In this document: piece after piece, positions 18,594 to 28,816 of the stretch
Layout: each line of letters opens with the position of its first letter
How positions within the stretch are numbered: the stretch's first letter is position 1
DNA from: an uncultured delta proteobacterium
Lineage (GTDB): Bacteria; Desulfobacterota; Binatia; UBA9968
Reading direction: 5' to 3'
DNA length: 64,000 bases
Assembly: GCA_963755715.1 (NCBI GenBank)
Contig: CAVWLW010000026.1
Span: 32,001-96,000, forward strand
Notes under the pieces: generated by a model
The model's input: the letters and a program-made list of their open reading frames with translations, nothing else
What the model was told of the DNA's origin: nothing
Database searches by the model: none
Made by a program: the position numbers and the translations under genes

Positions 18594-19505
18594 CTACTGC
18601 GGTATCGGATGTTTACGAAACCAATCGACGAGGAAATCCCCCAGAGAGCGAATCTTTTGCGGCGTTGGTTTCCCAGGTGAGAAGACCAGGGACAGCGGGT
18701 GAACGGGGATAGGGAAATGAGTTAGAATCTCGCGCAAAGCGCCGCTTTTGAGATCCTCTTTGACACAGTAGAGAGGCAAGATCGCAATACCCAGCGCTTC
18801 AAGCGCGGCTTTGCGAAGCACGAGCACACTATTCGAGGCAAATGGGCCCTGAACTTTTACCGAAGCGAGGCCAGCCGCGTCGCAAAGACGCCAGACTCGG
18901 TCGCTTGGGTCCGAGTTAATATGGACCAAACATTGATGCCGCGTAAGATCTTTCGGCCGACGCGGTTCGCCATGCTGCTTGAGATAATTCGGCGATGCGC
19001 AAAGCAGCCAACGCAAGTTGGCAATTTTTCTGGCGACCAAGCTCGACTCGCGAATTGGCGTCGTATGCACTGCGACATCGAATCCGCGTTCGATAAAATC
19101 GTAGCTGCGAAACGAAAGATCATCGAGCATCAGGTTGATATTGAGATGCGGATAGGCCGCGGCGAAACTCGCGATCGCGTCGCCGAGCGCCAACGTGGTC
19201 AAAGATTTTGGCGCAAGAATCTTGAGCGAGCCGGCGGGCTCCTTTTGCGTCCGTTTGAGAGAAGTTTCTTGTTCTTCGGTTTCCTGAATGACCCGCTGGC
19301 AAAAATTAAAATGCGCCGCCCCGGCCTCGGTTAGTGTGATGCGCCGAGTCGTCCGCGTGAGCAGCCGAACTCCCAGGTGGCTTTCCAGGTCCGTCACGTG
19401 ACGCGAAACCAGCGGCCGCGAGAGCCCGAGCAGCTTGGCGGCCTCTGAGAAGCTGCCAAGTCTGATGACTTCAACGAAGCTCTGCATGGTTCGAAAGCGG
19501 TCCAT
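18594..19505 (-). CDS. LysR family regulator (CrgA/DmlR-like)
   Basis: GSFSEAA..L...VSRHV..LE..LGVRLL.RTTR helix-turn-helix. Confidence 0.92.
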   Translation of the reverse strand: MDRFRTMQSFVEVIRLGSFSEAAKLLGLSRPLVSRHVTDLESHLGVRLLTRTTRRITLTEAGAAHFNFCQRVIQETEEQETSLKRTQKEPAGSLKILAPKSLTTLALGDAIASFAAAYPHLNINLMLDDLSFRSYDFIERGFDVAVHTTPIRESSLVARKIANLRWLLCASPNYLKQHGEPRRPKDLTRHQCLVHINSDPSDRVWRLCDAAGLASVKVQGPFASNSVLVLRKAALEALGIAILPLYCVKEDLKSGALREILTHFPIPVHPLSLVFSPGKPTPQKIRSLGDFLVDWFRKHPIPQ

Positions 19506-19519
19506 AATTGATTTGATTA

Positions 19520-19545
19520 GTTAAATATCTGCAACCTTGCTTTTA
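19520..19545 (+). promoter_or_regulatory. 26-bp operator-like motif, copy 3 (LysR/SBP divergent region)
   Basis: GTTAAATATCTGCAACCTTGCTTTTA, 15 nt upstream of the LysR start; contains T-N11-A. Confidence 0.65.
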
Positions 19546-19718
19546 ATATTTGTGATCTTCTCGCGATAAATGCACAAGGGATACTGTGGCTATTCGCTAC
19601 ATCGGCTAACTATTATTCGCCGGAACACGGCAACTAATTAGAGCACTTGTCAAACAGACAATTCAAGGTTTAATGATGTCTACGAAAAATCTCGTCCCTG
19701 GGAGAGAGGCGGAGCCCG

Positions 19719-20714
19719 ATGAAGAAACGTCAACGAAGTAGAATCACTTCAGGGGCAGCGAACATCATTTGTTTCTTACTATGCTCGTTGGCGCAGGCCG
19801 ATGCCGCCGAGCCGCTTAGAAAAATGCGCATCGCCATACCGAGCATCGTCATCGATTTCGCGCCGCTCTGGATTGCGCGCGACAAGGGTTTTTTTCGCGA
19901 CGAACGTATCGAGGTAGAGATCCCCTATATTCAAGGCAATGTTCGAGGCGTCCAATCCCTGCTAGCCGGCGACGTGCAGGTGGGAATCGCCGGCTCTGCA
20001 GGTCCGATATCAGCAAAGGCGGCTGGAGAGGACGCAGTAATCGTGGCGGTACCGATGAACCGTTTAGACTATACCTTCGTGGGGCGCCAGCCATTTAAGA
20101 GTCCAAGCGACCTCAATGGCAAGAAAGTTGGTATCGGGTCGTTTGGCGGCTCCGACGAGGTCGCCACCCGCATTGCCCTGGAACATCTGGGGGTCGATTC
20201 GAACAGCGTGACAAGACTTCAAATCGGCGGGTCGGCGGAACGCCTTGCCGCGCTTCGCACCGGGTCCATAGATGCCGCTAACATAGGCGGCGCGACTTTT
20301 ATCGGCGGCGGCGCGGGGCTCTATAAACTTCTCGATCTCACCGAGCTCGGCGTTGAATTTCCTTTCACGGCGATATTTACGACAAGAAGATATGCGCAGG
20401 CAAACCGGGAAACCGTGCTGGCAGTGATTCGAGCATACATGAGAGGCGTTCGTTTTTTCCAGCAGAGCAAAGATGAATCGATTACCATAACCGCGCGCAA
20501 CCTCAGAACGACCAACCGTGAACTGCTGGAACGCCAGTGGCAATACGTCAAAGATCACGTCTATGAGAAAATACCCCTGCCGAGCGAGAAAGGCTTCAAG
20601 TTGATTTTTGACGTAATGGCGCCGCGAAATCCTAAGATAGCCGGGCTGCGGATGGATGATGTCTTTGACGCCAGTTTTGTGCGAGAGTTGGCGGACAAAG
20701 GGTTCTTTAAATAA
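19719..20714 (+). CDS. NMT1/SsuA-like ABC substrate-binding protein (orphan)
   Basis: Signal peptide; PLWIARDKGFF, DLNGKKVG, ERLAAL..G. Confidence 0.88.
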   Translation: MKKRQRSRITSGAANIICFLLCSLAQADAAEPLRKMRIAIPSIVIDFAPLWIARDKGFFRDERIEVEIPYIQGNVRGVQSLLAGDVQVGIAGSAGPISAKAAGEDAVIVAVPMNRLDYTFVGRQPFKSPSDLNGKKVGIGSFGGSDEVATRIALEHLGVDSNSVTRLQIGGSAERLAALRTGSIDAANIGGATFIGGGAGLYKLLDLTELGVEFPFTAIFTTRRYAQANRETVLAVIRAYMRGVRFFQQSKDESITITARNLRTTNRELLERQWQYVKDHVYEKIPLPSEKGFKLIFDVMAPRNPKIAGLRMDDVFDASFVRELADKGFFK

Positions 20715-20729
20715 GCGAGGTCTAAGCCA

Positions 20730-21704
20730 ATGGCAGCGAAATTAATCAATGGGAGCGGGGCGAGGATAGATGTTCACGCCCATGCCTTTACGCCCGAGTT
20801 TACGAGAGTGCTAAGAAAAAGCGTATCTCGACCACTCGATATCAGAAGCATCTGGGAATGGGATGAGAATAGATTCTTGGGTGAAATGGATCGCTGGAAT
20901 GTCACGTTACAGGTCCTATCATTGCCCCAGATGTACGAGTACTTCGATTGGGGAAATCGCAAGCCGGCGATTGAAATGTCCCAGGTCGCTAATGATGAAT
21001 ACGCCCAAATATGCGCAAAGCATCCGGAACGGTTCAGGATGTTCGCGTCCATTCCGATGATGGACGCCGACCAGGCGTGCAAGGAGCTAGAGAGAGCAAG
21101 TCGTTTTCCCGGGTTCTCCGGTATTACCCTGTGCACCCATATTCGAGAGCGAGCGCTGGATGAAACTGAGTTCGCGACTTTCTTTGCTTATGCCAATGCA
21201 AGTGGTCTGGCAATGTTTCTTCATCCTCTGGAGCGGCCCTTGCCCAAAGAGTGGAATGTTTACCGTCTCGATCACCTCATTGGGCTGCCGGTGGATACGA
21301 CCTTTGCGTTATCGAGACTCGCGCTGGGGGGTTTCTTCGACAAATATCCAAACCTCAAAGTTATCGCTGCCCACGTCGGCGGAGCCATCCCTTTTTTAGC
21401 CCGTAGAATCGAGAGAGCCTTTCGTGAGGGCAGAAGCGAGCACAAACCAAGTCATTATTTTGGCCAACTCTTTTACGACACGGCGGGACCCACCGATGAA
21501 GCCATCGTCGCCTGCGTTGCCAGAATGTTCGGTTCCGAACAAATCGTATTCGGCACCGACTATCCCTTCGGACTCGGGCAAGAGGGAAAGCAATACACGG
21601 AACATGCCGTTGGGGTAGTCCAAGAGTCGGGTTTGGGCGAGACGGATTTGGCAAAAATATACGGCGGCAACGCGCGCCGGCTGTTGCATATCGACCGGCT
21701 GTAA
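20730..21704 (+). CDS. Amidohydrolase_2, ACMSD/decarboxylase-like
   Basis: IDVHAH, FLHP, AHVGG, FGTDYPF. Confidence 0.88.
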   Translation: MAAKLINGSGARIDVHAHAFTPEFTRVLRKSVSRPLDIRSIWEWDENRFLGEMDRWNVTLQVLSLPQMYEYFDWGNRKPAIEMSQVANDEYAQICAKHPERFRMFASIPMMDADQACKELERASRFPGFSGITLCTHIRERALDETEFATFFAYANASGLAMFLHPLERPLPKEWNVYRLDHLIGLPVDTTFALSRLALGGFFDKYPNLKVIAAHVGGAIPFLARRIERAFREGRSEHKPSHYFGQLFYDTAGPTDEAIVACVARMFGSEQIVFGTDYPFGLGQEGKQYTEHAVGVVQESGLGETDLAKIYGGNARRLLHIDRL

Positions 21705-21734
21705 CGGGCGAACCTCAAACCGAGGGGGCATCAT

Positions 21735-22439
21735 ATGATTCGCGTCGGATTCGTCATCGGCGGCTACCCACCCGAAGAACACAAACGGCGCGCCGATGTC
21801 GCACTCTCCTATTCTACCGCGGAAATTCAGGTCGGTATCGTCGACGTCGCCGCCAGCCCGTATTTTTACGGCATGACACCGACCGAAATACAGCTCGTCG
21901 CACCGGCGTTCATCGACGCCTTCAAACGCGCCGAGAAAGACGGCTACGATGCGGTCGTGCCTTTGGGCACGCTCGACTTGGGAGTCGATGGCGGCAAATC
22001 AGCGGTGGACATCCCCGTCGTCGGACCGACCGAAGCCTGCCTGCACGTCGCCTCGCTGATTGGCGATCGATTCGGCGTCATGGTTTATCACCCCAGCTTG
22101 GTCGCATTTTCACGGGCGATCATTCGGCGCTACGGGATGGAAGATCGCATCGTCGGTTTCGGCGTGAGCGGATTCGACTTGCCGGACTTGGCGGCACATC
22201 ACGACGAAGTCGTCGACAATTTCGTCAGCGAAGCCAAACGTCTGGTCGCCGAAGGCGCCGAAGTGATTTATCCGATGGGCATCAGCCAATGTCCGGTGCA
22301 CATCAAACCGGCTTGGTTGCAAGAACAAATTGGTGTGCCGGTGGTCGAAGGCTTCGGCACACCGATCAGAATGGCGGCGATGCTGGCGGGCTTAGGCTTG
22401 CGCCAAAGCCGGGCGCGTTGGGTGAAGTCAAGAAACTAA
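21735..22439 (+). CDS. Asp/Glu/hydantoin racemase-family protein with non-canonical active site
   Basis: AEKDGYDAVV, DIPVVGP.EA, IGVPVVE. Confidence 0.8.
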   Translation: MIRVGFVIGGYPPEEHKRRADVALSYSTAEIQVGIVDVAASPYFYGMTPTEIQLVAPAFIDAFKRAEKDGYDAVVPLGTLDLGVDGGKSAVDIPVVGPTEACLHVASLIGDRFGVMVYHPSLVAFSRAIIRRYGMEDRIVGFGVSGFDLPDLAAHHDEVVDNFVSEAKRLVAEGAEVIYPMGISQCPVHIKPAWLQEQIGVPVVEGFGTPIRMAAMLAGLGLRQSRARWVKSRN

Positions 22440-22483
22440 TCGATCACAATCGGCGAGCACAAAAACCAAAAAGGGGCACTCAA

Positions 22484-23302
22484 GTGGCAAATTATGAAAC
22501 CATTTTAGTCGACCGCCAGGACAACATCGCGACGATCACTTTCAACCGGCCCAATAAGCGCAATGCGATGAACCCAAAGCTTCATTATGAGATGGTCGAA
22601 GTCTTGAACGAGCTAAGATTCGATAAGGACTTGCGGGTGCTTATCCTGACCGGCGCCGGCGAGAGCTTTTCCGCAGGCGAGGATCTGAAAGAGTTTTTTT
22701 ATGAACAGCGCGAGCGAATGGAGTTCGAGCGGTTGTTGGAAAAGGCGTTGGAGTGGCGCGTGCGCATCTTGCGCGCCTTTCCTGTTCCCACCATCGCAGC
22801 GATCAATGGATTCTGCTTCGGCGGCGCTTTCTCGATCGTATCCGGTTGCGACATCGCGATCGCAGCGGACGAAGCCACCTTTGGACTCTCCGAAGTGAAC
22901 TTCGGCCATTTCCCGGGTGGCCCGGTCAGCAAGCAAATATCGCAGATCATGCGCGTCCGCGATGCGGTCTACTACATCCTTACCGGCGATACATTCAACG
23001 GCAAACGGGCCGCGGAAATTGGCTTTGTGACCTTTTCGGTGCCGCGATCGTCGTTGATGGAGGAAGCCAACAAACTCGCCAAGAAGCTCGCTGAAAAAGA
23101 CCCGCTCGCGCTCCGCGCTTGTAAAGACGCGTACCGCGACAGCTTACTGATTCCCGACTACGAGACCGCCTTGAGTTACAGTTCGGCGAAAAGCGACCAG
23201 CTTTCTTTTCTGCAGGGCGGCGCATGGAAAGAGCAGGGCATCAAGCAGTTTATCGAAGGCCAGTATCGACCGGGATTCGGCGCGTTCAAGAAAGAAAATT
23301 AG
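22484..23302 (+). CDS. p-Hydroxycinnamoyl-CoA hydratase/lyase-like crotonase
   Basis: NKRNAMNP.L, GEDLKEFF, W....LR, CFGGAFS, GLSE.NFG..PGG.VSK, YYILTG..FNG; GTG start. Confidence 0.8.
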   Translation: MANYETILVDRQDNIATITFNRPNKRNAMNPKLHYEMVEVLNELRFDKDLRVLILTGAGESFSAGEDLKEFFYEQRERMEFERLLEKALEWRVRILRAFPVPTIAAINGFCFGGAFSIVSGCDIAIAADEATFGLSEVNFGHFPGGPVSKQISQIMRVRDAVYYILTGDTFNGKRAAEIGFVTFSVPRSSLMEEANKLAKKLAEKDPLALRACKDAYRDSLLIPDYETALSYSSAKSDQLSFLQGGAWKEQGIKQFIEGQYRPGFGAFKKEN

Positions 23303-23312
23303 CCTTGCACTC

Positions 23313-24302
23313 ATGAAGACCGGCAAGCCTTTCCTCCCGGCTATTTTTGGGCTCATGGCGTGCCTGTTGTCGTTTGCTCCGGCTCTCGCGCTGGAGAGCC
23401 TCGTCATCGCCTATCCGACCACCAGCAGTCAGTTTACCCCGCTTTGGTTTGCCCGCGACGTCGGGCTTTACGAGAAATACAACCTGGACGGCAAGCTGGT
23501 CTTCATCCAGGGCGGCAGCGTGCTGCTCCAAGCGATGATTGCCGGTCAGGCCCAGGCGGCGCAAAACGGCGTGGCCGAAACCGTGACCGCGATTCTCCGC
23601 GGCGGCGATCTCCGCATGCTCGGCGTCACCGCGAAAATTTTTCCCTATAGTTTGATCGCGGCTAAGAATGTCAAAAGCGCCAAGGATCTCATCGGCGGTC
23701 GGATCGGCATCAACCGCATCGGTGACGTGAGCGCTTACGGCTCGCAGCTGGCGCTGCGCAAACTGGGGCTCAACCCGGAAAAAGACGTGACCATGATGCA
23801 AATCGGCGGCTCGCCGCAGCGTTTGGCCGCATTGCAATCCGGCGCCGTGCAAGCGGCGGCAATGGATTTCATGTCGGGGCTTCGACTGGCCAAGCTCGGC
23901 TTTCCGGTGCTCATGCAGCTCAACTTGAACTATCCCTATCTGGGTCCGATGGTGTCCGGTAAATTCCTCCGCGAAAGTCCCGCCACCGCCGAGGCCTTTA
24001 TCAAAGCCTTCGTCGAAGCCATTGCGCGCTTCAAGCGCAACCGCGAAGAGGGCATCAAAGCGCTGGCGCGCTACATGAAGTCCAACGAAACCGACGTGCT
24101 GAATAAAGCCTATGACTTCATCGCCAACGATTTTTACGCCGAGACTCTGGAGCCGGACGCCAAAGGCTTCCAAGACCTGATCGACGAGATCGCCGAGCGC
24201 GAACCGCTGGCCAAAAAGGCGACCCTCGGCCAAGTCTTCGATTTGACCATCGCGCGCAAGCTCGAAAAGCAAGGCTTTTTTGAGACCGTGTTCAAACGCT
24301 AG
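23313..24302 (+). CDS. NMT1/SsuA-like ABC substrate-binding protein (orphan)
   Basis: Signal peptide; PLWFARDVGLY, GG.PQRLAALQSG. Confidence 0.88.
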   Translation: MKTGKPFLPAIFGLMACLLSFAPALALESLVIAYPTTSSQFTPLWFARDVGLYEKYNLDGKLVFIQGGSVLLQAMIAGQAQAAQNGVAETVTAILRGGDLRMLGVTAKIFPYSLIAAKNVKSAKDLIGGRIGINRIGDVSAYGSQLALRKLGLNPEKDVTMMQIGGSPQRLAALQSGAVQAAAMDFMSGLRLAKLGFPVLMQLNLNYPYLGPMVSGKFLRESPATAEAFIKAFVEAIARFKRNREEGIKALARYMKSNETDVLNKAYDFIANDFYAETLEPDAKGFQDLIDEIAEREPLAKKATLGQVFDLTIARKLEKQGFFETVFKR

Positions 24303-24334
24303 GCGCGAGCCGATTCGCACAAGGAGAGTGAACT

Positions 24335-25486
24335 ATGGCATCGACGACTCAGAAAAATGGCACAGAAAATTCCGCGCCGTTTAAGATTGAGAAAGTTCAA
24401 AGTTGGCGCGCGACTTTGCGTCGAGCAACGGCTTGGAAAACCGCGCGGTATACCAAAGGAGACATCGAAGCCACTGTCGTTGGCATCAGCGACCATCACG
24501 GCAACACCGGTTACGGCTATATGCCGGCGATGCTGATCGTCGGCGAATCGCCGGCGACGGCCGAGGCGTTGCTGCACACCACCATCGCGCCGTTGCTTGG
24601 GCAAGACCCAGTCGACGGCGTACAGCCAGTCATGCGCGCTATCGATCTCGCCATCGGCGGCAATGTTCAGCTGAAGTTCGCCGTCGAAGAGGCGTTGCTC
24701 GATCTCTACGCCAAGCGCATGCAGACGCCGCTGTTTAATTTATTCGGCGGCGTCAGCCGGCGGGAGGTGCCGGTGATGCGCATGCTCGGTCTCAAGCCGC
24801 CCAAAGAAACCGCCGATGAGGCGCTCGCTCTAGCCGAGCGCGGCTATCGTTATGTCAAAATCAAGATCGGCCTCGATGACAAGCGCGATATCGAAACGGT
24901 CAAGCGCACCCGCGATGCGCTTGGTGAAGACGTGTTCATCTCGGTGGACGCCAATCAAGCCTATACGCCGATGCGCGCGGTGAAAATCTTAAACCAGCTG
25001 AGTGATTGTAACCTCGTCGTCGTCGAGCAACCGGTCAGGCAAGACGACGTGCGCGGCATGAAGTTTGTGCGAAAGAATGTGAATATTCCGATCATGGCCG
25101 ACGAAGGCGTGAACACCGTGGCCGATGCGCTGCGCTTGATCGAAGCCGACGCCATGGACGCGGTCAGCATCAAGATTTGGAAAATGGGCGGTTATTACAA
25201 ATCCCGCGAGATCGCATCGGTGTGTAGCGCCGCCAACGTTGGCGTCCACGTCGGCAGCACGGCTGGCAGCCAGCTCATGGAAGCGATGCAGCTCCACTTC
25301 TGCGCGGCGATACCGGACTTGTTCGCCGGCGCCGAGATCGGCGAGTTTGAAAGCTTGAACGATGACCCGGCGTCGGGCTTGACCGTCGAACAAGGAACGC
25401 TCGAAGTCTCCGACCGCCCCGGCCTCGGTATCGACATCGACATGGACAAGCTGCAAGAAACCACCGCGTTGTGGCAGCCGAAATAG
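24335..25486 (+). CDS. Enolase superfamily, muconate cycloisomerase/dipeptide epimerase subgroup
   Basis: KIKIG (KxK), VDANQ, EQP, ADE, SIKIWK, PGLGID. Confidence 0.85.
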   Translation: MASTTQKNGTENSAPFKIEKVQSWRATLRRATAWKTARYTKGDIEATVVGISDHHGNTGYGYMPAMLIVGESPATAEALLHTTIAPLLGQDPVDGVQPVMRAIDLAIGGNVQLKFAVEEALLDLYAKRMQTPLFNLFGGVSRREVPVMRMLGLKPPKETADEALALAERGYRYVKIKIGLDDKRDIETVKRTRDALGEDVFISVDANQAYTPMRAVKILNQLSDCNLVVVEQPVRQDDVRGMKFVRKNVNIPIMADEGVNTVADALRLIEADAMDAVSIKIWKMGGYYKSREIASVCSAANVGVHVGSTAGSQLMEAMQLHFCAAIPDLFAGAEIGEFESLNDDPASGLTVEQGTLEVSDRPGLGIDIDMDKLQETTALWQPK

Positions 25487-25493
25487 GTGGTGA

Positions 25494-25550
25494 CTCGGCG
25501 TCGATATCGATCTGAATAAGCTGCAAGAGACGACCGCGTTGTCTAAGTAA
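25494..25550 (+). repeat. Diverged tandem copy of the 3' end of the preceding gene
   Basis: LGVDIDLNKLQETTALSK* versus LGIDIDMDKLQETTALWQPK* (25424-25486). Confidence 0.85.
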
Positions 25551-25633
25551 ATAAGAGTCTTTCTGGCGATGGAGCAATGGGGGAGTGCAGTCGTCTATCC
25601 ACCCTAGGCTCTGTGTCAAACACGTGGTCTGAG

Positions 25634-26587
25634 TCAGGCTTGAGATTGGTTCGAAACGAGTGAGGTGACGAGCTCAGAACACTGCCCGTATCGCTTTTTT
25701 ATCAAATCGAGAAAGTCTTGGACGTTGTAGGAAAGCGGCTTATCCTTTCGATAGATGACGAATGAATTGATCTTTAAGTCTTGGACGTCCCTAATTCTGA
25801 GAATTTTCACCTCACGTCTGTGGATCTCCTCGTCCAGATGAGCCTCCATTAAGATTCCGATCCCCGCTCCTCTCAGGATAACGGCCTTGGCAGCTTCGCC
25901 GGAGCTGCACTCCATCAGAATATTGGGACTGTGACCTTGTTCTTCCATATGTTTCAATATATCTAAAAAAGCCTCTCCGGTGCCCCTTCGAATTCCTCTG
26001 TGAATAATCAGCGGCTCTTTCGCAACGTCCGCAAGGCTCAACTCTCTTTTTCTTGCCAATGGATGGTGTACGGAAACAAATAATATGACCCTCTCTTGAC
26101 GAAACGGCTCATACTGCAGTTCTGAAGAGTGGGAGGAGTGAGTGATAATGGCGATTTCCAGTTCCGAGTTCTAGAGCAAGACGTTCTATGCTTTGACTAC
26201 TCTTGGTCTGCAACTTAACCTGCACCAACGGTATGATTTTTTTTGAAGGCCGCTAAACATAGCGGCAAAACGAATTTCGAGGGAACGTGGGAGCCACCAA
26301 CCAGTAAGGGTCCAGTCTCCGGAGACCTCCGGCTCGCGTCGAAGTTTCGCTGCAGAGTTTCGACCCTATCCAAAATCTCGCGTGCTTCGGGACTGAAGTT
26401 TTAGACCGTCAGCTGTGAGTTCGATGCCGCGGCCGACCTTGCGGTAAAGCCGAAGCCCACAAGATTCTTCGAGCGATTTAATCTGCTGAAACACCGAAGG
26501 CTGGCTAATATGAAGTTCTGCGGACGCCTTGGTGATGTTGAGGTGCCGCGAAACCACATGAAAAATTCTAAGTTGGTGTAAGGTCAT
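25634..26587 (-). pseudogene. LysR family regulator, frameshifted
   Basis: HTH MTLHQL...ISQPSV..QIK.LE at 26587-26366; substrate-binding C-terminus at 26059-25634; intervening frames broken. Confidence 0.75.
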
Positions 26588-26997
26588 TGATCGGCCCCTC
26601 CAATCCTAGATGGGGCAGCGGTAGGAAGCCTCGCCTGAGTGTTCTAAAGGCTCAGTCATATCCCAGAACGCGCAAAAATCAATAGAGAAAAGGTTATGTA
26701 GATCAATAGAAACAAGTGCGATTGGACAAGGTGTTACGTTCCCAGATAAACAAAGGGCCTGGTGTTTACGTAATTTAGTTTCGACGCTATCAGAATTTCA
26801 GAAGGCCACCGGTCCGCGTGCCGACAGCGAACCCAAACACGCGGATAGATCACGAAGACGGTAGTCTGCAATTCTTCAGCGACATGCGCCAGAGGCCGTG
26901 TGCATTGGCCATAAAGGGATCTGATGGAGAAACATTCCAGTAAGGAGAGTCTCTGTTCGCTAGCCAAATATCCGCTAACGTTTTTCTAGGAGGGAAT

Positions 26998-28428
26998 ATG
27001 TTTAAACGAATAATCACATTTGTTTTTTCACTCACGGCGATTTGCAGCGCTGCGTGGGTCTCGGTGTCGGAAGCTCAGCTTCAGCCGATCACAACTAGCG
27101 TCATATGTAGCACTGTGGCGAATTGTGCAACAGCGAATCTCAGACTAGAGGCGGCGACTATGCGTAGGCCCACCACCGACGTGCTCGGGAGAGCCCATAT
27201 CGGCATAGTCGTCATGCATCCTAATTCGCGCTATATTAATAATAACCTTTGCGCCCCGTTGGCCCAGCGGGGCTTCACGACCTTCTGCACCAACAGTGAG
27301 TTTAGCGGCCGTGACCTCGAGTACTATGGCTACGAGCAGCATGCACCTGGCATTGCAACCTCGATAAATTACCTCAAAAATATTCTGCGGCAGCAGGGCT
27401 TCCCGCCGTGAGGAAAGTCTTCTCTTAGGCTTTAGCATGGGGGCGCCTCTGATGCTCTTTTATCAGAACGTCGCAGAAAACGGACCGGGGGCGTGCCAGG
27501 GACCGGAGAAGATCATTCCTTGCGACGATACAAACCTACACAACTTGCCGAAGCCGGATGGCGTGATGCTGCGCGATGCGCACCTCGGAGACGCGCTGGC
27601 GACGTTCACCTACGTCGATCAGCGGTCCACAACAACGCGTGCGAGCCGCGGAACCCGGCTTTTGATATGTTCGCTGAAGCCAACGGTTACGACCCTGCCA
27701 CAGAAAGCGCAACCTACAGCAAGCAGTTCAACAAGACCTACACCACTCACCAAGCCATTCGCAATCAGGATATCCTTAACGAAGCGTTGGGGCTGCTGCG
27801 GAAAAAGATAAAGGAGACTGGTGATCCGAGCCAACTAGGCGACGACATCCCCTTCGCCGTTGTCGACTCTACCGCCGCCCGGCTGTGGCAGCCGGACATC
27901 AGTTTGCTCAAATACACCAAGCGAGCACACACGCTCTTGGCTCGCGACGGCACGAGACCGGTGCAAATCATCCAGTCGGTTCGAGTCCCTGGCGGCGCGA
28001 GGAATGACGCCTTGGATTGCGCTGCCTCCACGATCACGGCCAACGTGCGTGTCTGGTTGGGCGCTCATGCGCTACGCGCTACGCCTGGAAAGTACACGCA
28101 GACCGAGGACGACATGACAGGCGTGGATTACGATTCGTCCGCGACCTCGTCAGTCGGAAACGTTAAGGGCATTAAAGCGCCGCTGGTCATCATCGCCCAT
28201 ACCGGTCATTATTTTAACAGGCCGGACGAGATCCTTTACGATACCGCGATCAGCTCGGATAAGACAATTGTGTTCAATGAAGGCGCCGTACACGGCGGTA
28301 CGCCGTGTGCTCCTTGCGCTCTCCAAATCGATCCTACTCTCACCCCAGCGCAGGCCAATGCCTATTTTGGCGACACCCTAGGCAGGGAGGCTGATTTCTA
28401 CGCTGAATGGCTGGCGGCACGTTATTAG
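26998..28428 (+). CDS. Secreted alpha/beta-hydrolase-like protein, two frameshifts
   Basis: Signal peptide; three overlapping ORFs; a GFSMG nucleophile elbow at about 27428-27442; C-terminal GAVHG. Confidence 0.6.
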
Positions 28429-28512
28429 GATAGCCTGGGTTTTGCACAAAGTTTCGCTAGTGAATTCAGGCAAAGCTGTAATCGAGCTATAGCCAAAAAA
28501 TGGGAAGTTTAC

Positions 28513-28572
28513 GGTGTCAAACATTCAAATCATTTGATTTCCTTCGCTCTCAAAAATTGAATGTTTGACACC
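28513..28572. repeat. Perfect 16-bp inverted repeat
   Basis: GGTGTCAAACATTCAA...TTGAATGTTTGACACC. Confidence 0.85.
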
Positions 28573-28786
28573 AACCTTCCATAAAGAGAAAAGCAATAAT
28601 CGTTGCCAGTTTCGCTGTTCTGTTCAGCTCTCAGCCTCCATTGTCACGCGCGCAAAGCGTGTTCGCTGAACTACTAGAGCTATCTGATCTTAGAAACCGC
28701 TTTTCGGGCTCGAAAAGGCACTTCTAAGCTCTTTAGCGACCACCTCTTATTCAATCTTTTGTTGTGCAATCGAGAAGTTGTGATTC

Positions 28787-28816
28787 TTGTCAAATGCAAA
28801 GAAATTCTATTAGTAT
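28787..28816 (+). promoter_or_regulatory. Putative sigma70-type promoter
   Basis: TTGTCA-N18-TAGTAT; paralogous to 12229-12258. Confidence 0.55.

Noticed and set aside
18594-19614. LysR gene as an integron cassette starting at G|TTAGCC
   Set aside because: No downstream attC found, and the gene is embedded in a coherent local regulon; only the junction motif is reported.
23286-24320. Long antisense ORFs (also 342-1163, 9830-10720, 55807-56718)
   Set aside because: Shadows of GC-rich genes on the opposite strand, with no motifs of their own.
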